From assembly GCA_030917815.1 (NCBI GenBank), contig JAUPTZ010000010.1, positions 78,605-142,604 on the forward strand: 64,000 nucleotides of DNA, given 5' to 3'. This DNA comes from Candidatus Babelota bacterium. Lineage in GTDB: Bacteria; Babelota; Babeliae; Babelales; JAUPTZ01. Shown here in pieces: positions 8,888 to 18,196 of the stretch. Position numbers and translations under genes: made by a program. The notes under the pieces are model-generated. The model did no database searches and had not been told where the DNA came from. It was given only the letters and a program-made list of their open reading frames with translations. The stretch's first letter is position 1; each line of letters opens with the position of its first letter.

Positions 8888-10870
8888 ATGGTATTACTAC
8901 TTATACTCTGCCTATCACTTGCAGGAACATGCGCCGCATCGACTATGGAACATAAGGCTACCGCTCTTGAAAAAGCGGCCGCCTTCTTTACTCCAATAGT
9001 CAGAGATGAAGTTGCCGAAGAAGCGCAGCTTCAATTTTCCCGCCTCATGGCTCAAGTAAGTAGGCAATTTGATAAAACAAGCCCGTATCATACCGATGTA
9101 GCCTATGCCCAATTTTACTTCAACTACCTCTTCAATACCGGCAGCGAAGCAACCAGACAAAGCCTTTCCGCTATTGCCTACAAACTTGAGGTACTTCTCC
9201 GCAAAGAACTCTGGTCAACCGAAAAAAAAGCCCTCCTCATTCATGCCTTTCTACAAACCGCGTTTAGCCAATTAGAACACACGGTTCCCTCCAAAAAAGA
9301 ACAGGAAAACATTCAAAAACTCTACCGGCACCTTCTCACCTGCATCACCCCAACCATCATTGGTGTAAGTGAAAAAGTAAAGCGACTTCCTTACGGCAAA
9401 ATCGCCCTTGCTCTCGCCGCGGCTAAAGGAGCCCATTACGTACACAAAAACTGGCAGCCGATAAAAGATAACACCGCAAAATCATTTAAGATTTTAGGAC
9501 ACGTCAACGATAACCTTGCAGAAAACCAACGGGCAAAAGAGGCTTTTAAGGCCATCATCGCAAAAGATAAAAACGGTAAGCTTATCGATGATCATGATCC
9601 AGTGAGAAACAGACAGGTATTTCGCCTAGCCACTCTCATCAACCCGGACAACATTAAAGACCCTCGAAACTGGATCCCCGAACCGGAAGGATTTGGTGAT
9701 CGAGCGGTCCGCCTCGGGGAAGGCCTCCTTGAAACAGCACGACCACTTATGCCACAACTTATTGAAAATATGAGCGCTAGTGCCGATCAGCAACGAGCCT
9801 GGTTTGCCGCCCATGATATTCCAACAGACAACCCACAAAGCAGATTCGTCCGCGTGCAAATTGCATCGGACCCGAATGCTTTAGAATCTTATGAGATGCG
9901 GTATGCGGCCCAAACCTCATACTCAGGGGCCCTGCCATCAGCAAGTTCAATGATCACCCACAAGCTCTGGAAGGACCCAAGAACCGGCGCTGTCTATCCA
10001 ACCTACCTACCACCGCGAAATATGATGGAACAGAGCATTATGACCGCAAACAACATGGTCGACCTGATCAGGGAACCGGTCGTGACAAAGTTTCTTGGCA
10101 CCATGACGCATGAATTTGAACGCAATGCACGAGAAACAATGAATTGGCTCCGCTCAGAGGGGCTTCTCGATAAACATGCAACGCGGCCCACAGACCTTGC
10201 CGAGGGCGTAGAAGTAATCTGGGATGCTGACCGAAAAACCTTCTGCTACAAGAAGGGAGCCATTACCGTACCAACGCCACCCTCGATGATAGACAAAATA
10301 TTTGGTACAGTGTCTCTATTGACCAAAGAAGGCGGGGCCGGACAGCACCTACTTGAAAGCATTAGCAACAAACTTAATTCTAGTGCCAAAGCGCTCAATG
10401 AGTGGCTGCTAAGCCAAGGACTCATCGAAAGCCTTGAAAACCCAAGACTTAAGGAAGGCGTTCGCGTTATGACCGATGAAAATAAACATGAATACTACGT
10501 GAAGCATATGAATGCACAAATCACTGATAAGGATAAACTCTACCCACCAGTTTCAGCGGCCGAACATCTTTTTTATGCATTAGGAAGATTGAGCAAGCAA
10601 GAAAATATGCCACTTGCCGAGGTAATAGATGCACTTACAAAGACACTAGAAGGCGTCGCCCTGGACTTTAAGGAAAGCACACCGTTGCTATGGATGACAG
10701 ATGCGCAGAAAAAAATAGTAAAAAAACATCGTGAAGAACAAGCACAGCGACATGACGTAGGGCCAGCAGAGCCATCTCTATTGGGTCGCCTTAAAAACCG
10801 CTTGTCCAAGAAAAAAACTACCCCATCAGACCATGAATCGGTAACCAGTTCAACAGGATCAGTAGCATAA
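8888..10870 (+). CDS. exported hypothetical protein (about 660 aa)
   Basis: 'MVLLLILCLSLAGTCAAS' is signal-peptide-like, with an AAGGA RBS. The stop overlaps the next start (TAATG). Confidence 0.6.
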   Translation: MVLLLILCLSLAGTCAASTMEHKATALEKAAAFFTPIVRDEVAEEAQLQFSRLMAQVSRQFDKTSPYHTDVAYAQFYFNYLFNTGSEATRQSLSAIAYKLEVLLRKELWSTEKKALLIHAFLQTAFSQLEHTVPSKKEQENIQKLYRHLLTCITPTIIGVSEKVKRLPYGKIALALAAAKGAHYVHKNWQPIKDNTAKSFKILGHVNDNLAENQRAKEAFKAIIAKDKNGKLIDDHDPVRNRQVFRLATLINPDNIKDPRNWIPEPEGFGDRAVRLGEGLLETARPLMPQLIENMSASADQQRAWFAAHDIPTDNPQSRFVRVQIASDPNALESYEMRYAAQTSYSGALPSASSMITHKLWKDPRTGAVYPTYLPPRNMMEQSIMTANNMVDLIREPVVTKFLGTMTHEFERNARETMNWLRSEGLLDKHATRPTDLAEGVEVIWDADRKTFCYKKGAITVPTPPSMIDKIFGTVSLLTKEGGAGQHLLESISNKLNSSAKALNEWLLSQGLIESLENPRLKEGVRVMTDENKHEYYVKHMNAQITDKDKLYPPVSAAEHLFYALGRLSKQENMPLAEVIDALTKTLEGVALDFKESTPLLWMTDAQKKIVKKHREEQAQRHDVGPAEPSLLGRLKNRLSKKKTTPSDHESVTSSTGSVA

Positions 10871-12081
10871 TGATACATATATTTTTACTTATTACCCTCT
10901 GCTTCTCGCCCGCCCTCCTTTCTGACGGCGAACAATTCGTATCCCCGTCCCCGGAACAACCGGTCGACATGCTCGTACCAGCTAAAGCCTACACAACCGT
11001 CCCGTTTCGCTTCACTAAACTTATGAGTAACATTCGCTCTGCAGCGCCGTACTCTGCAGCGGCAAAAGCAAAGGCGATCGGTCTCTTTATAGACCTCTAT
11101 GAAGAATCGGACGATATCATTAAAGAAATTTTAGCCGATCTTACCGACAAGCTAGAACATCTCGTAGACGTACGATTCATATTCCCAAGCAACAAAGAAA
11201 AAATAATGCTACTGCTTCTCGATGAAACCCGTAGAAAGTTACAAGCTGCGCTCAAAAATCAACCAGCGATCAAGATACAGCTACTCAGGATACAACCAAG
11301 CAAGCTCACCACCGCAATTTACACCGCCATCTCACCAACTTTAGGTGATTTTTGGCGCAAAGTACGGGTAAGTATTGCACTTGGCACCGGAGCGCTAGCA
11401 ACATGGTACATCGTACAAAAAATACGGCAGTTGAATGCGAAAGCAGAAGCGCTGAGTACGGCAATTGGTAGTCCGGAACAAGCAGACTCTCCAGCAGCAG
11501 TTGGCTTAGCATTAGCAAAAGAAACAACAAAGACCCTTCAAACCATCAACCGCAAAGGGCCAATCCCAACTAAGCCAGAAGATACAAATATGCTGGATCG
11601 CTTAATGCTGGTGGTAGAAAATGCTTCCCATCCATATGACCCAGACAATAAAAAAGAAACCATCATTAATACCTTCCTTCATAAACTGCCAGATGTAGTA
11701 ACTGGTGGGCCACCAAGTGCAACACCTGGACCATTTAAAATCCTTATGAACATCCTCTACGGCATATATGAAGAAGGAAAAGAAGGTAAAACAGTTATTA
11801 AGGACAGCCTCAAGGCATTTGTCGCCATTGCGCCAGATCCATCTAAGCCAAAATCGGAAGGGCCAAGCGGCTTTGACGCCATGTGTAGAGCGCTCGCTTC
11901 AGATCCAAAACGGCTAGAGGAATTGCTCAAAACTTTTGGCTTGCTTGTCGAAAACCTAGACGAGCATCTCCGTGAAGCGCACGATATTGCAGATCGCGCT
12001 CACGATATTGTAAGCGCAGAATCAAGTTTCTTGAATATGCTCAAAGCGGTCGCTGAATTAGCAAATAAATTCAAGAGTTAG
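10870..12081 (+). CDS. exported hypothetical protein (403 aa)
   Basis: 'MIHIFLLITLCFSPALLSDG' is signal-peptide-like. Translationally coupled to the upstream ORF. Confidence 0.6.
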   Translation: MIHIFLLITLCFSPALLSDGEQFVSPSPEQPVDMLVPAKAYTTVPFRFTKLMSNIRSAAPYSAAAKAKAIGLFIDLYEESDDIIKEILADLTDKLEHLVDVRFIFPSNKEKIMLLLLDETRRKLQAALKNQPAIKIQLLRIQPSKLTTAIYTAISPTLGDFWRKVRVSIALGTGALATWYIVQKIRQLNAKAEALSTAIGSPEQADSPAAVGLALAKETTKTLQTINRKGPIPTKPEDTNMLDRLMLVVENASHPYDPDNKKETIINTFLHKLPDVVTGGPPSATPGPFKILMNILYGIYEEGKEGKTVIKDSLKAFVAIAPDPSKPKSEGPSGFDAMCRALASDPKRLEELLKTFGLLVENLDEHLREAHDIADRAHDIVSAESSFLNMLKAVAELANKFKS

Positions 12082-12099
12082 GGCGCCTACCACATATAA

Positions 12100-12540
12100 C
12101 TATTTTTTTGTAATCCCGCCATCTGGCTGCCTAATTTCTTGACTGGCAGGCACTTGCAACTCAGCAGTCCAGTCAGTTTGCTGAGGTACTCCTGTTTTTT
12201 TACATTGACTGCCAGTACAGCATAGATCTTCACAATCCGAACAATATTGGCTTATTTTAGCGCATCCCTCACAGGGATCAGTCAAACAAAGAGCACAGAA
12301 ACCACAAACATAACAAAAGCAGCAACAGGCACAACAGCAGCAACGATTATAGCTCTTCTTACATTTCCCCGTACCATTCCCAAAAACACGATCACAGGTT
12401 TCGGCCCCAACAAAATCGCACTTGCAGCAGTCACAAGAGGGTTCAAATACGGCACAACACAATACATCACATACCCTATCACAACCATAACTTGACCCAC
12501 TCACCGCGGTGGCAAGAAAAAATAAAAAGATGGCAATCAT
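12100..12540 (-). CDS. exported cysteine-rich protein (146 aa, 28 Cys)
   Basis: 'MIAIFLFFLATAVSGSS' is signal-like and a GAGG RBS lies 6 nt upstream. The mature part contains runs such as CCCCACCCFCYVCGFCALC. Confidence 0.55.
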   Translation of the reverse strand: MIAIFLFFLATAVSGSSYGCDRVCDVLCCAVFEPSCDCCKCDFVGAETCDRVFGNGTGKCKKSYNRCCCCACCCFCYVCGFCALCLTDPCEGCAKISQYCSDCEDLCCTGSQCKKTGVPQQTDWTAELQVPASQEIRQPDGGITKK

Positions 12541-12609
12541 TGATACCTCACTTGTATCTTACAAAGATCTCTACAGACTCACTCCTTCTTAACTTCCCCC
12601 GCTTCTTCC

Positions 12610-13185
12610 TTAAGACATTGCCCGCATATAGGTCCACGCTTCATCAAGCGCTCTCTTGTTGCGGCTCTCAGCAATCCAATATATAACAAACGCCCTCAGA
12701 GTTCCTTTAAGAACGGTATGGGCACCTTTTGTTATGGATAAAGAATCAATCTCATCGAAATAACACCGCCTAATCACTCCAATATCACTATCACTCAAGT
12801 CTCTTTTAAAACATTTGTTATGCAAGCACAGTCCAAGAATAAGACTTTTTATTTTTGATACCGACTCCTCTTTAAAAATAGCACCGGCTCGTGTCACCAT
12901 ACCCTCTACAAACGCTAGCAGAAAAAATCTGTCGGTGTTATCAAGATTATTTTTCCATATTTCCAACACGCGCTGAGCACATCCTTTATATAGGCACAGA
13001 TCAAATTGCGTATATTCATGTAAAAAAGTCTTAGAGCTCGATGTCTTGAAAATATCCTTAGGATTTCTCACACCTTCAGGCCACGCCTTAGAAACCACCA
13101 CACCGGATGATGCTCCCAAATGTACGCTACCCAGAACGCACATAATCGCTAACAATTTAAATAAGTTCACAGTTTTTCCTTTCAT
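12610..13185 (-). CDS. exported hypothetical protein (about 191 aa)
   Basis: 'MKGKTVNLFKLLAIMCVLGSVHLGASSG' is signal-like. It lies directly downstream of uvrB on the same strand. Confidence 0.5.
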   Translation of the reverse strand: MKGKTVNLFKLLAIMCVLGSVHLGASSGVVVSKAWPEGVRNPKDIFKTSSSKTFLHEYTQFDLCLYKGCAQRVLEIWKNNLDNTDRFFLLAFVEGMVTRAGAIFKEESVSKIKSLILGLCLHNKCFKRDLSDSDIGVIRRCYFDEIDSLSITKGAHTVLKGTLRAFVIYWIAESRNKRALDEAWTYMRAMS

Positions 13186-13196
13186 AAAATTCTGCA

Positions 13197-15182
13197 CTAC
13201 ATCAATTTTTTGAGTTCATCACGCAACTCAATAGCGGTCTCAAAATCCCCTTCAGCGGCCGCCGCCTGCATGCGGTCCTTAAGTTGTTGCACATGAGCTT
13301 CAAACTCAGGGGTACCCCGCTTTGGTATTTTGGGACCACGATCTTTTTTCTTCTTATTCCGATTAGAGGCGGCCGCAATATTTTCCTGAATAGCAGAAAG
13401 CGATTCGGAAACTTCACGCTGCACCGTATAAGGCACAATGCCATGCTCGGCATTATAAATCTCCTGCAATGCACGGCGGCGCCCGGTCTCATCCATCGCT
13501 GCCTGCATGGAACGGGTAATCTTATCGGCATACAATACAACAGTGCTATGAATGTTTCGAGCGGCTCGACCAATGGTCTGCATTAGTGAACGCTCGTCAC
13601 GTAAGAATCCTTCAATATCGGCATCCATAATAGCCACCAATGCTACTTCGGGAAGATCCAATCCTTCACGCAAAAGATTGATTCCCACGAGGCAATCAAA
13701 CACACCTTGCCGTAGTTTCAGCAAAATACCGGCCCGCTCCGGCGTTTTAATTTCGCTATGCAGGTAACACACTTTAATACCTCGCTGCTCCAAATAATCG
13801 GCCATTTCTTCGGCCATCTTTTTGGTAAGAACGGTCACCAATGTACGAAACCCTTGCGCGGTTGTCTGCGTAATACGCTCAACCACATTATCTAACTGCC
13901 CTTCCCGAGGCTGCAACACAATGGTCGGATCAAGAATACCGGTCGGTCGAACCACCTGCTCTACCACCGCATTACCGGCAGCAGCGGTGTGTTCAAGTTC
14001 ATACTTGCTTGGCGTTGCCGACACAAAAATAACATCGTTGAAAAATTGTTCGATTTCGGAAAACTGCAACGGACGGTTGTCAAAAGCTGACGGCAAGCGA
14101 AACCCATATTCGATCAACGCGGTTTTACGTGACTTATCACCGGTATACATCGCGCCCAGCTGCGGAATAGCAATATGTGATTCATCCAGGATAAGTAAAA
14201 AATCTTTATCAAAGAAATCAAACAAGCAGTATGGTTTTTCACCGGCGCCACGGCCTTCAAAATAACGAGAATAATTTTCAACCCCGGAACAATACCCGGT
14301 ATTGCGCAGCATTGTGATATCGTGCCCCACGCGGGTACGTAGTCGCTCTTTATACAACGGGTTTTCCTGCTCTTCAAGCGCAATCTTCAGATCTTTTTGA
14401 ATTTCTATAATCGCCGCTTCACGCTGCGCCGCCGTTGTTACAAAATGCTTTGCCGGAAAAATAATAAGATTATCAACCATGCGAAGCACACGATAATTAT
14501 GACGATCAATGAACTCGATACGCTCAATTACATCGCCATACAACTCGATACGGACATTGTCTTGCAGGTAAGGAAGCCATAATACAATCGCATTACCGAC
14601 AACCTGGAAGTTACCACTTGCCCGCTCCATATCGTTACGCTGATACTGAATATCAATGAGGCCAGCAATCAAATTATTCCGCGTATAAGCATCACCCACC
14701 TTCAGGCGCATCGTTAATGAACGGTAGTCGGCCGGATTTCCCAGCGAATAAATCGCCGATACCGAGGCCACCACAATAACATCGCGGCGGTTCACCAAAG
14801 AAGCGGTCGCTTCAACGCGCAGCCGTTCAATCTCACTATTAATTTTGGTCTCTTTAGGAATATAAATGTCTTGCGCCGGCAAGTATGACTCGGGCTGGTA
14901 GTAATCATAATAACTAACAAAGTAGCAAACCTTATTCTCGGGAAAAAAATGTGAGAATTCTTCGTAAAGCTGGGCCGCTAACGTTTTATTGGGCGACAAG
15001 ACCAACACTTGGCGATTTTGCGAGGCGATAATATTGGCAAGGGTAAATGTCTTACCCGACCCGGTCACTCCAAGCAATGTTGAAGTCCCCGGACGCTGTG
15101 CTTCAAGCTCAGCAATGGCTTCTGGCTGGCTACCGGCCGGCTTATACGGGGAAACAAGCTTAAATTTCGTATTTTCTGCCAT
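13197..15182 (-). CDS. uvrB: excinuclease ABC subunit B
   Basis: 'GVTGSGKTFT' Walker A, 'LDESHIAIPQL', helicase motifs and a C-terminal UVR motif 'AAEGDFETAIELRDELKKL'. Confidence 0.95.
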   Translation of the reverse strand: MAENTKFKLVSPYKPAGSQPEAIAELEAQRPGTSTLLGVTGSGKTFTLANIIASQNRQVLVLSPNKTLAAQLYEEFSHFFPENKVCYFVSYYDYYQPESYLPAQDIYIPKETKINSEIERLRVEATASLVNRRDVIVVASVSAIYSLGNPADYRSLTMRLKVGDAYTRNNLIAGLIDIQYQRNDMERASGNFQVVGNAIVLWLPYLQDNVRIELYGDVIERIEFIDRHNYRVLRMVDNLIIFPAKHFVTTAAQREAAIIEIQKDLKIALEEQENPLYKERLRTRVGHDITMLRNTGYCSGVENYSRYFEGRGAGEKPYCLFDFFDKDFLLILDESHIAIPQLGAMYTGDKSRKTALIEYGFRLPSAFDNRPLQFSEIEQFFNDVIFVSATPSKYELEHTAAAGNAVVEQVVRPTGILDPTIVLQPREGQLDNVVERITQTTAQGFRTLVTVLTKKMAEEMADYLEQRGIKVCYLHSEIKTPERAGILLKLRQGVFDCLVGINLLREGLDLPEVALVAIMDADIEGFLRDERSLMQTIGRAARNIHSTVVLYADKITRSMQAAMDETGRRRALQEIYNAEHGIVPYTVQREVSESLSAIQENIAAASNRNKKKKDRGPKIPKRGTPEFEAHVQQLKDRMQAAAAEGDFETAIELRDELKKLM

Positions 15183-15257
15183 CCTTGACCACCTATTTTG
15201 CTACCTGATACACTCCCACCAGAAATCCTTCTTAGTTTTATACCAAAAAGAGACAGA

Positions 15258-16094
15258 ATGAAACATAGCGCACAGAAGAAAAATCCGGTACTCCAGCCAA
15301 TTCCACTTTCCGCCATAATTATAAGCACTTTAGCAACGCTCGGCGTCGGGATTTTTACCGTGCCAACCATCCTCAAGACCCCTGCAGAAAAGCGGGTCCA
15401 TTACACTCGCTACCATTGCGAGTCGTGCGGGCTCTCGAATGTTTTTAATAACGCGCTTGATCATCCCATTTCTTTTAACAAAGACAATAGCGCTAATTTT
15501 AGACCGGTTATTCTCGCGATTCACCAAGGCCGCTACCGCCACAATATAGAAACAGAACGATTACTCTTAAGAGAAGTCACTCTAAATGACGTTCCGGTCC
15601 TCGATAAGTACTACAGAAAAATAGAAAATGAGGCCTCATCCACCTGGAAGCTTCACACAACCGAGGAGGAAACGCGCAAAGAGGTTCTCGAGATGATCGA
15701 AAATTATCGCACCGGGAAACGAGCCCATTGGGCCATTTGTGAAAAGAAAAGCGGCACCATCATGGGACTTGGCGGTTTTAACAGCTTTTCTCCGGTTGAC
15801 CATCGCGCAAATATCGGCTGGTGGCTTGATGCCAGCTTCTGGGGCCGAGGCTATGGCACCGAAATGGCGCGCGCCTGCATAGAATACGGTATAAAGTATC
15901 TCAGCTTAAATCGTCTTGACGCGATTGTTCGTGTTGATAATCTCGCCTCACGCAAAGTGCTAGAAAAGGCCGGCATGTCACCAACATCTCGATTTAGACA
16001 ATTCTGGCGCCTCAAAGATGAACTTCTCAGCTTCTACCAATACGTAGTGCTTAAAAAAGATGTTGCAGAGCAACTTAAAAAAAGTAAGGTATAA
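15258..16094 (+). CDS. membrane-anchored GNAT N-acetyltransferase (RimJ/RimL-like)
   Basis: N-terminal TM helix, 'CESC' motif, then a GNAT core 'WWLDASFWGRGYGTEMARACIEYG..NLASRKVLEKAGM'. Confidence 0.8.
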   Translation: MKHSAQKKNPVLQPIPLSAIIISTLATLGVGIFTVPTILKTPAEKRVHYTRYHCESCGLSNVFNNALDHPISFNKDNSANFRPVILAIHQGRYRHNIETERLLLREVTLNDVPVLDKYYRKIENEASSTWKLHTTEEETRKEVLEMIENYRTGKRAHWAICEKKSGTIMGLGGFNSFSPVDHRANIGWWLDASFWGRGYGTEMARACIEYGIKYLSLNRLDAIVRVDNLASRKVLEKAGMSPTSRFRQFWRLKDELLSFYQYVVLKKDVAEQLKKSKV

Positions 16095-16096
16095 CG

Positions 16097-16936
16097 ATGA
16101 ATAAACATTTTGCTACGGTCATTGTAGCAGCTAATTGCGCTATCATTATTAGCCTTCTTTGCCTTCGTGGCTGGCTTCCACCAGCACCGGAAAAAATCGA
16201 AGAAGTAGTTGAAGAGCGCAGAATAGAGGCAATACGCTGCAAAAACTGTGCCAATAACACCAACTTAGCCAACAGCACCGAACGGCTTGATGGAAAGCTT
16301 GACGGTAACGCGAGCCATGTTGCTCGTGTAATCACCGAGGTTCATCGCGCACCAGAAGGAAGCAACGTAATCTGGCTTGAGACAAAGAATCTTATACTGC
16401 GTGACGCCAGAGTCTCCGATGTCGATGATATGTATGCCTATGCCCATAAACCTGAAGTCGCCAATCGACATACATGGGCCACACATACCTCAAAATTTGA
16501 AACTATGGAATTCCTCAAGAGCTGGGTTGAGCGCTATAAGAAATCGTACATTACCCCATGGGCTATTGAAGAAAAAGCGACCGGCCGCATGATTGGTACC
16601 GCAGGCATAAGCCAGTACTATCCAGGAGAACCGAGAGATATTATTAGCTACACGCTGAGCGACTCGGTCTGGAACAAAGGGTATGATGTTGAAATTATAC
16701 AAGCACTCATAGAATTCAGTGTGGTGACGCTTGAATGTATTCGGGTGGCCGCCCTTGCGCGCTGCGACGATCCAGCAACACAAAGAGCGCTCGAAGAAGC
16801 CGGTCTCAGCAGAGAAGGAATCGAGCCTGATTATAAGTGCGTAAACGATCGATATATATCGTCGTATGCCTACGCATTTTTAACCCAAGAAGCCGATCCA
16901 AAAATCTTTGCCAACAGCGTGTTAGCGGTTAAATAA
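16097..16936 (+). CDS. membrane-anchored GNAT N-acetyltransferase, tandem paralog
   Basis: N-terminal TM helix, 'CKNC' motif, and a GNAT core 'WAIEEKATGRMIGTAGI..VWNKGYDVEIIQALIEF..ATQRALEEAGL'. Confidence 0.8.
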   Translation: MNKHFATVIVAANCAIIISLLCLRGWLPPAPEKIEEVVEERRIEAIRCKNCANNTNLANSTERLDGKLDGNASHVARVITEVHRAPEGSNVIWLETKNLILRDARVSDVDDMYAYAHKPEVANRHTWATHTSKFETMEFLKSWVERYKKSYITPWAIEEKATGRMIGTAGISQYYPGEPRDIISYTLSDSVWNKGYDVEIIQALIEFSVVTLECIRVAALARCDDPATQRALEEAGLSREGIEPDYKCVNDRYISSYAYAFLTQEADPKIFANSVLAVK

Positions 16937-17468
16937 GCTTCTCTTGCAGCGCAACCCGCTCAAAAAAAGCGGTCAACTGATCTTCTTCAGCTTTTGGGAA
17001 ACGATTCAATACATAGTCAGGTACCGTATTTTTATCGGCTGGGCGATCAATACCTAAACGTAAGCGCCAAAACTCTTCGCCGCATCGCGTGATGAGCGAG
17101 CGAAGGCCATTGTGACCGCGCGCACTGCCGCCAAGACGAACTTGATGCGTACCAAATTTCTTTTCCAGCTCATCATGCACTACAAGCACTTGTGATGATT
17201 TGATACCCTTTTTTGCCAATATTGGCCACACATCACCAGAACTATTCATAAATGTTTGCGGCTTAACCAGCAAAATCTCTTTATCCTGAAGGCGAATAGT
17301 CGCAATTTCAGTGTTGCCAACAGTACGCCATGAAGCGTGAAAAGTCTTAGCTAGATACTCAAGGAATAAAAAGCCGATGTTATGCCGGGTCATAGAAAAT
17401 TTGGGCCCGGGATTACCGAGCCCAATAATTACCGAAATGCCATCAACCACAAAAGGTGAGGTTGTCAT
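16929..17468 (-). CDS. pth: peptidyl-tRNA hydrolase
   Basis: 'IIGLGNPGPKFSMTRHNIGF' and 'GGSARGHNGLRS' motifs. Confidence 0.9.
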   Translation of the reverse strand: MTTSPFVVDGISVIIGLGNPGPKFSMTRHNIGFLFLEYLAKTFHASWRTVGNTEIATIRLQDKEILLVKPQTFMNSSGDVWPILAKKGIKSSQVLVVHDELEKKFGTHQVRLGGSARGHNGLRSLITRCGEEFWRLRLGIDRPADKNTVPDYVLNRFPKAEEDQLTAFFERVALQEKLI

Positions 17469-18046
17469 TAGGCTTGCACCTCTTGATTTGCCGCAGTTGC
17501 TTGCGCAAGCAAAGTTGCTTGTTCTGCATCATAGTTTGCATCAAGCTTAGCAAGAACTTGGTCGGTAACGTTGATGTCGGCGCTTGCAAACAACAAGTCT
17601 TCCATACTTTGAATACCTTTCCAGCCTTTAACTAAGGCTAATTCACGAGCAACATCAAGATTTGCTGCATCAAGTTCTTGTTGCGCAAATTTCGCGTTCT
17701 CTTCAAATTCTGCCGCCGCATCTTGTAACTCGCGTTGCATTTTTTCGCTCTTTTTTTTGAGCTTAGCATAGCGTTGTTGTTGCTCTGTTTTGCTCAACAA
17801 CGGTGCTTCCTTCTGAAACTTTCTTTCTTCTTGCTGTAACTCATTAACCGCCGACTGTTGCTTCATCTGCAAATCGCGAGCGCCTTGTTGAATCTCTTCT
17901 TGGAGCTTTTTGCCTTGCTTTGATTTTTGCAAAAGTTCTTGACGATTAATGGCAACATATTCATAGCTCGCTTTTGCAAGCACTGCAGCGGTTGGTAATA
18001 ATTGAGCTGCAAGGGCAAGCAGAACTATTTTCTTAGTGATATTCAT
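17468..18046 (-). CDS. OmpH/Skp-like periplasmic chaperone
   Basis: Signal peptide 'MNITKKIVLLALAAQLLPTAAVLA' followed by a K/E/Q-rich coiled coil of Skp-like size. The ATG at 18046 is chosen. Confidence 0.6.
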   Translation of the reverse strand: MNITKKIVLLALAAQLLPTAAVLAKASYEYVAINRQELLQKSKQGKKLQEEIQQGARDLQMKQQSAVNELQQEERKFQKEAPLLSKTEQQQRYAKLKKKSEKMQRELQDAAAEFEENAKFAQQELDAANLDVARELALVKGWKGIQSMEDLLFASADINVTDQVLAKLDANYDAEQATLLAQATAANQEVQA

Positions 18047-18129
18047 ACGAGTTCCTTTCAAAAGAAAGAGTGGAATGGCCGGCAGCCTAGCGAAAGATCG
18101 AGCTACATGCAATTATTCCGCACTTTTTC

Positions 18130-18158
18130 TTGCTGCATCAAGGGAGCACCGTTATAAT
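18130..18158 (+). promoter_or_regulatory. sigma70-like promoter for the permease gene
   Basis: TTGCTG, a 17-nt spacer, then TATAAT (18153-18158). A GAGGA RBS precedes the ATG at 18197. Confidence 0.5.
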
Positions 18159-18196
18159 TGCGCCAATAATTTTTACTTTTCTGAGGACACCATTAC

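Noticed and set aside
12247-12500. Overlapping ORFs 12247-12495 (+) and 12282-12500 (-) inside the Cys-rich gene.
   Set aside because: They are alternative-frame artefacts of the TGY/GCA-rich composition. They lack RBS or signal features, whereas the 12100-12540 frame has both.
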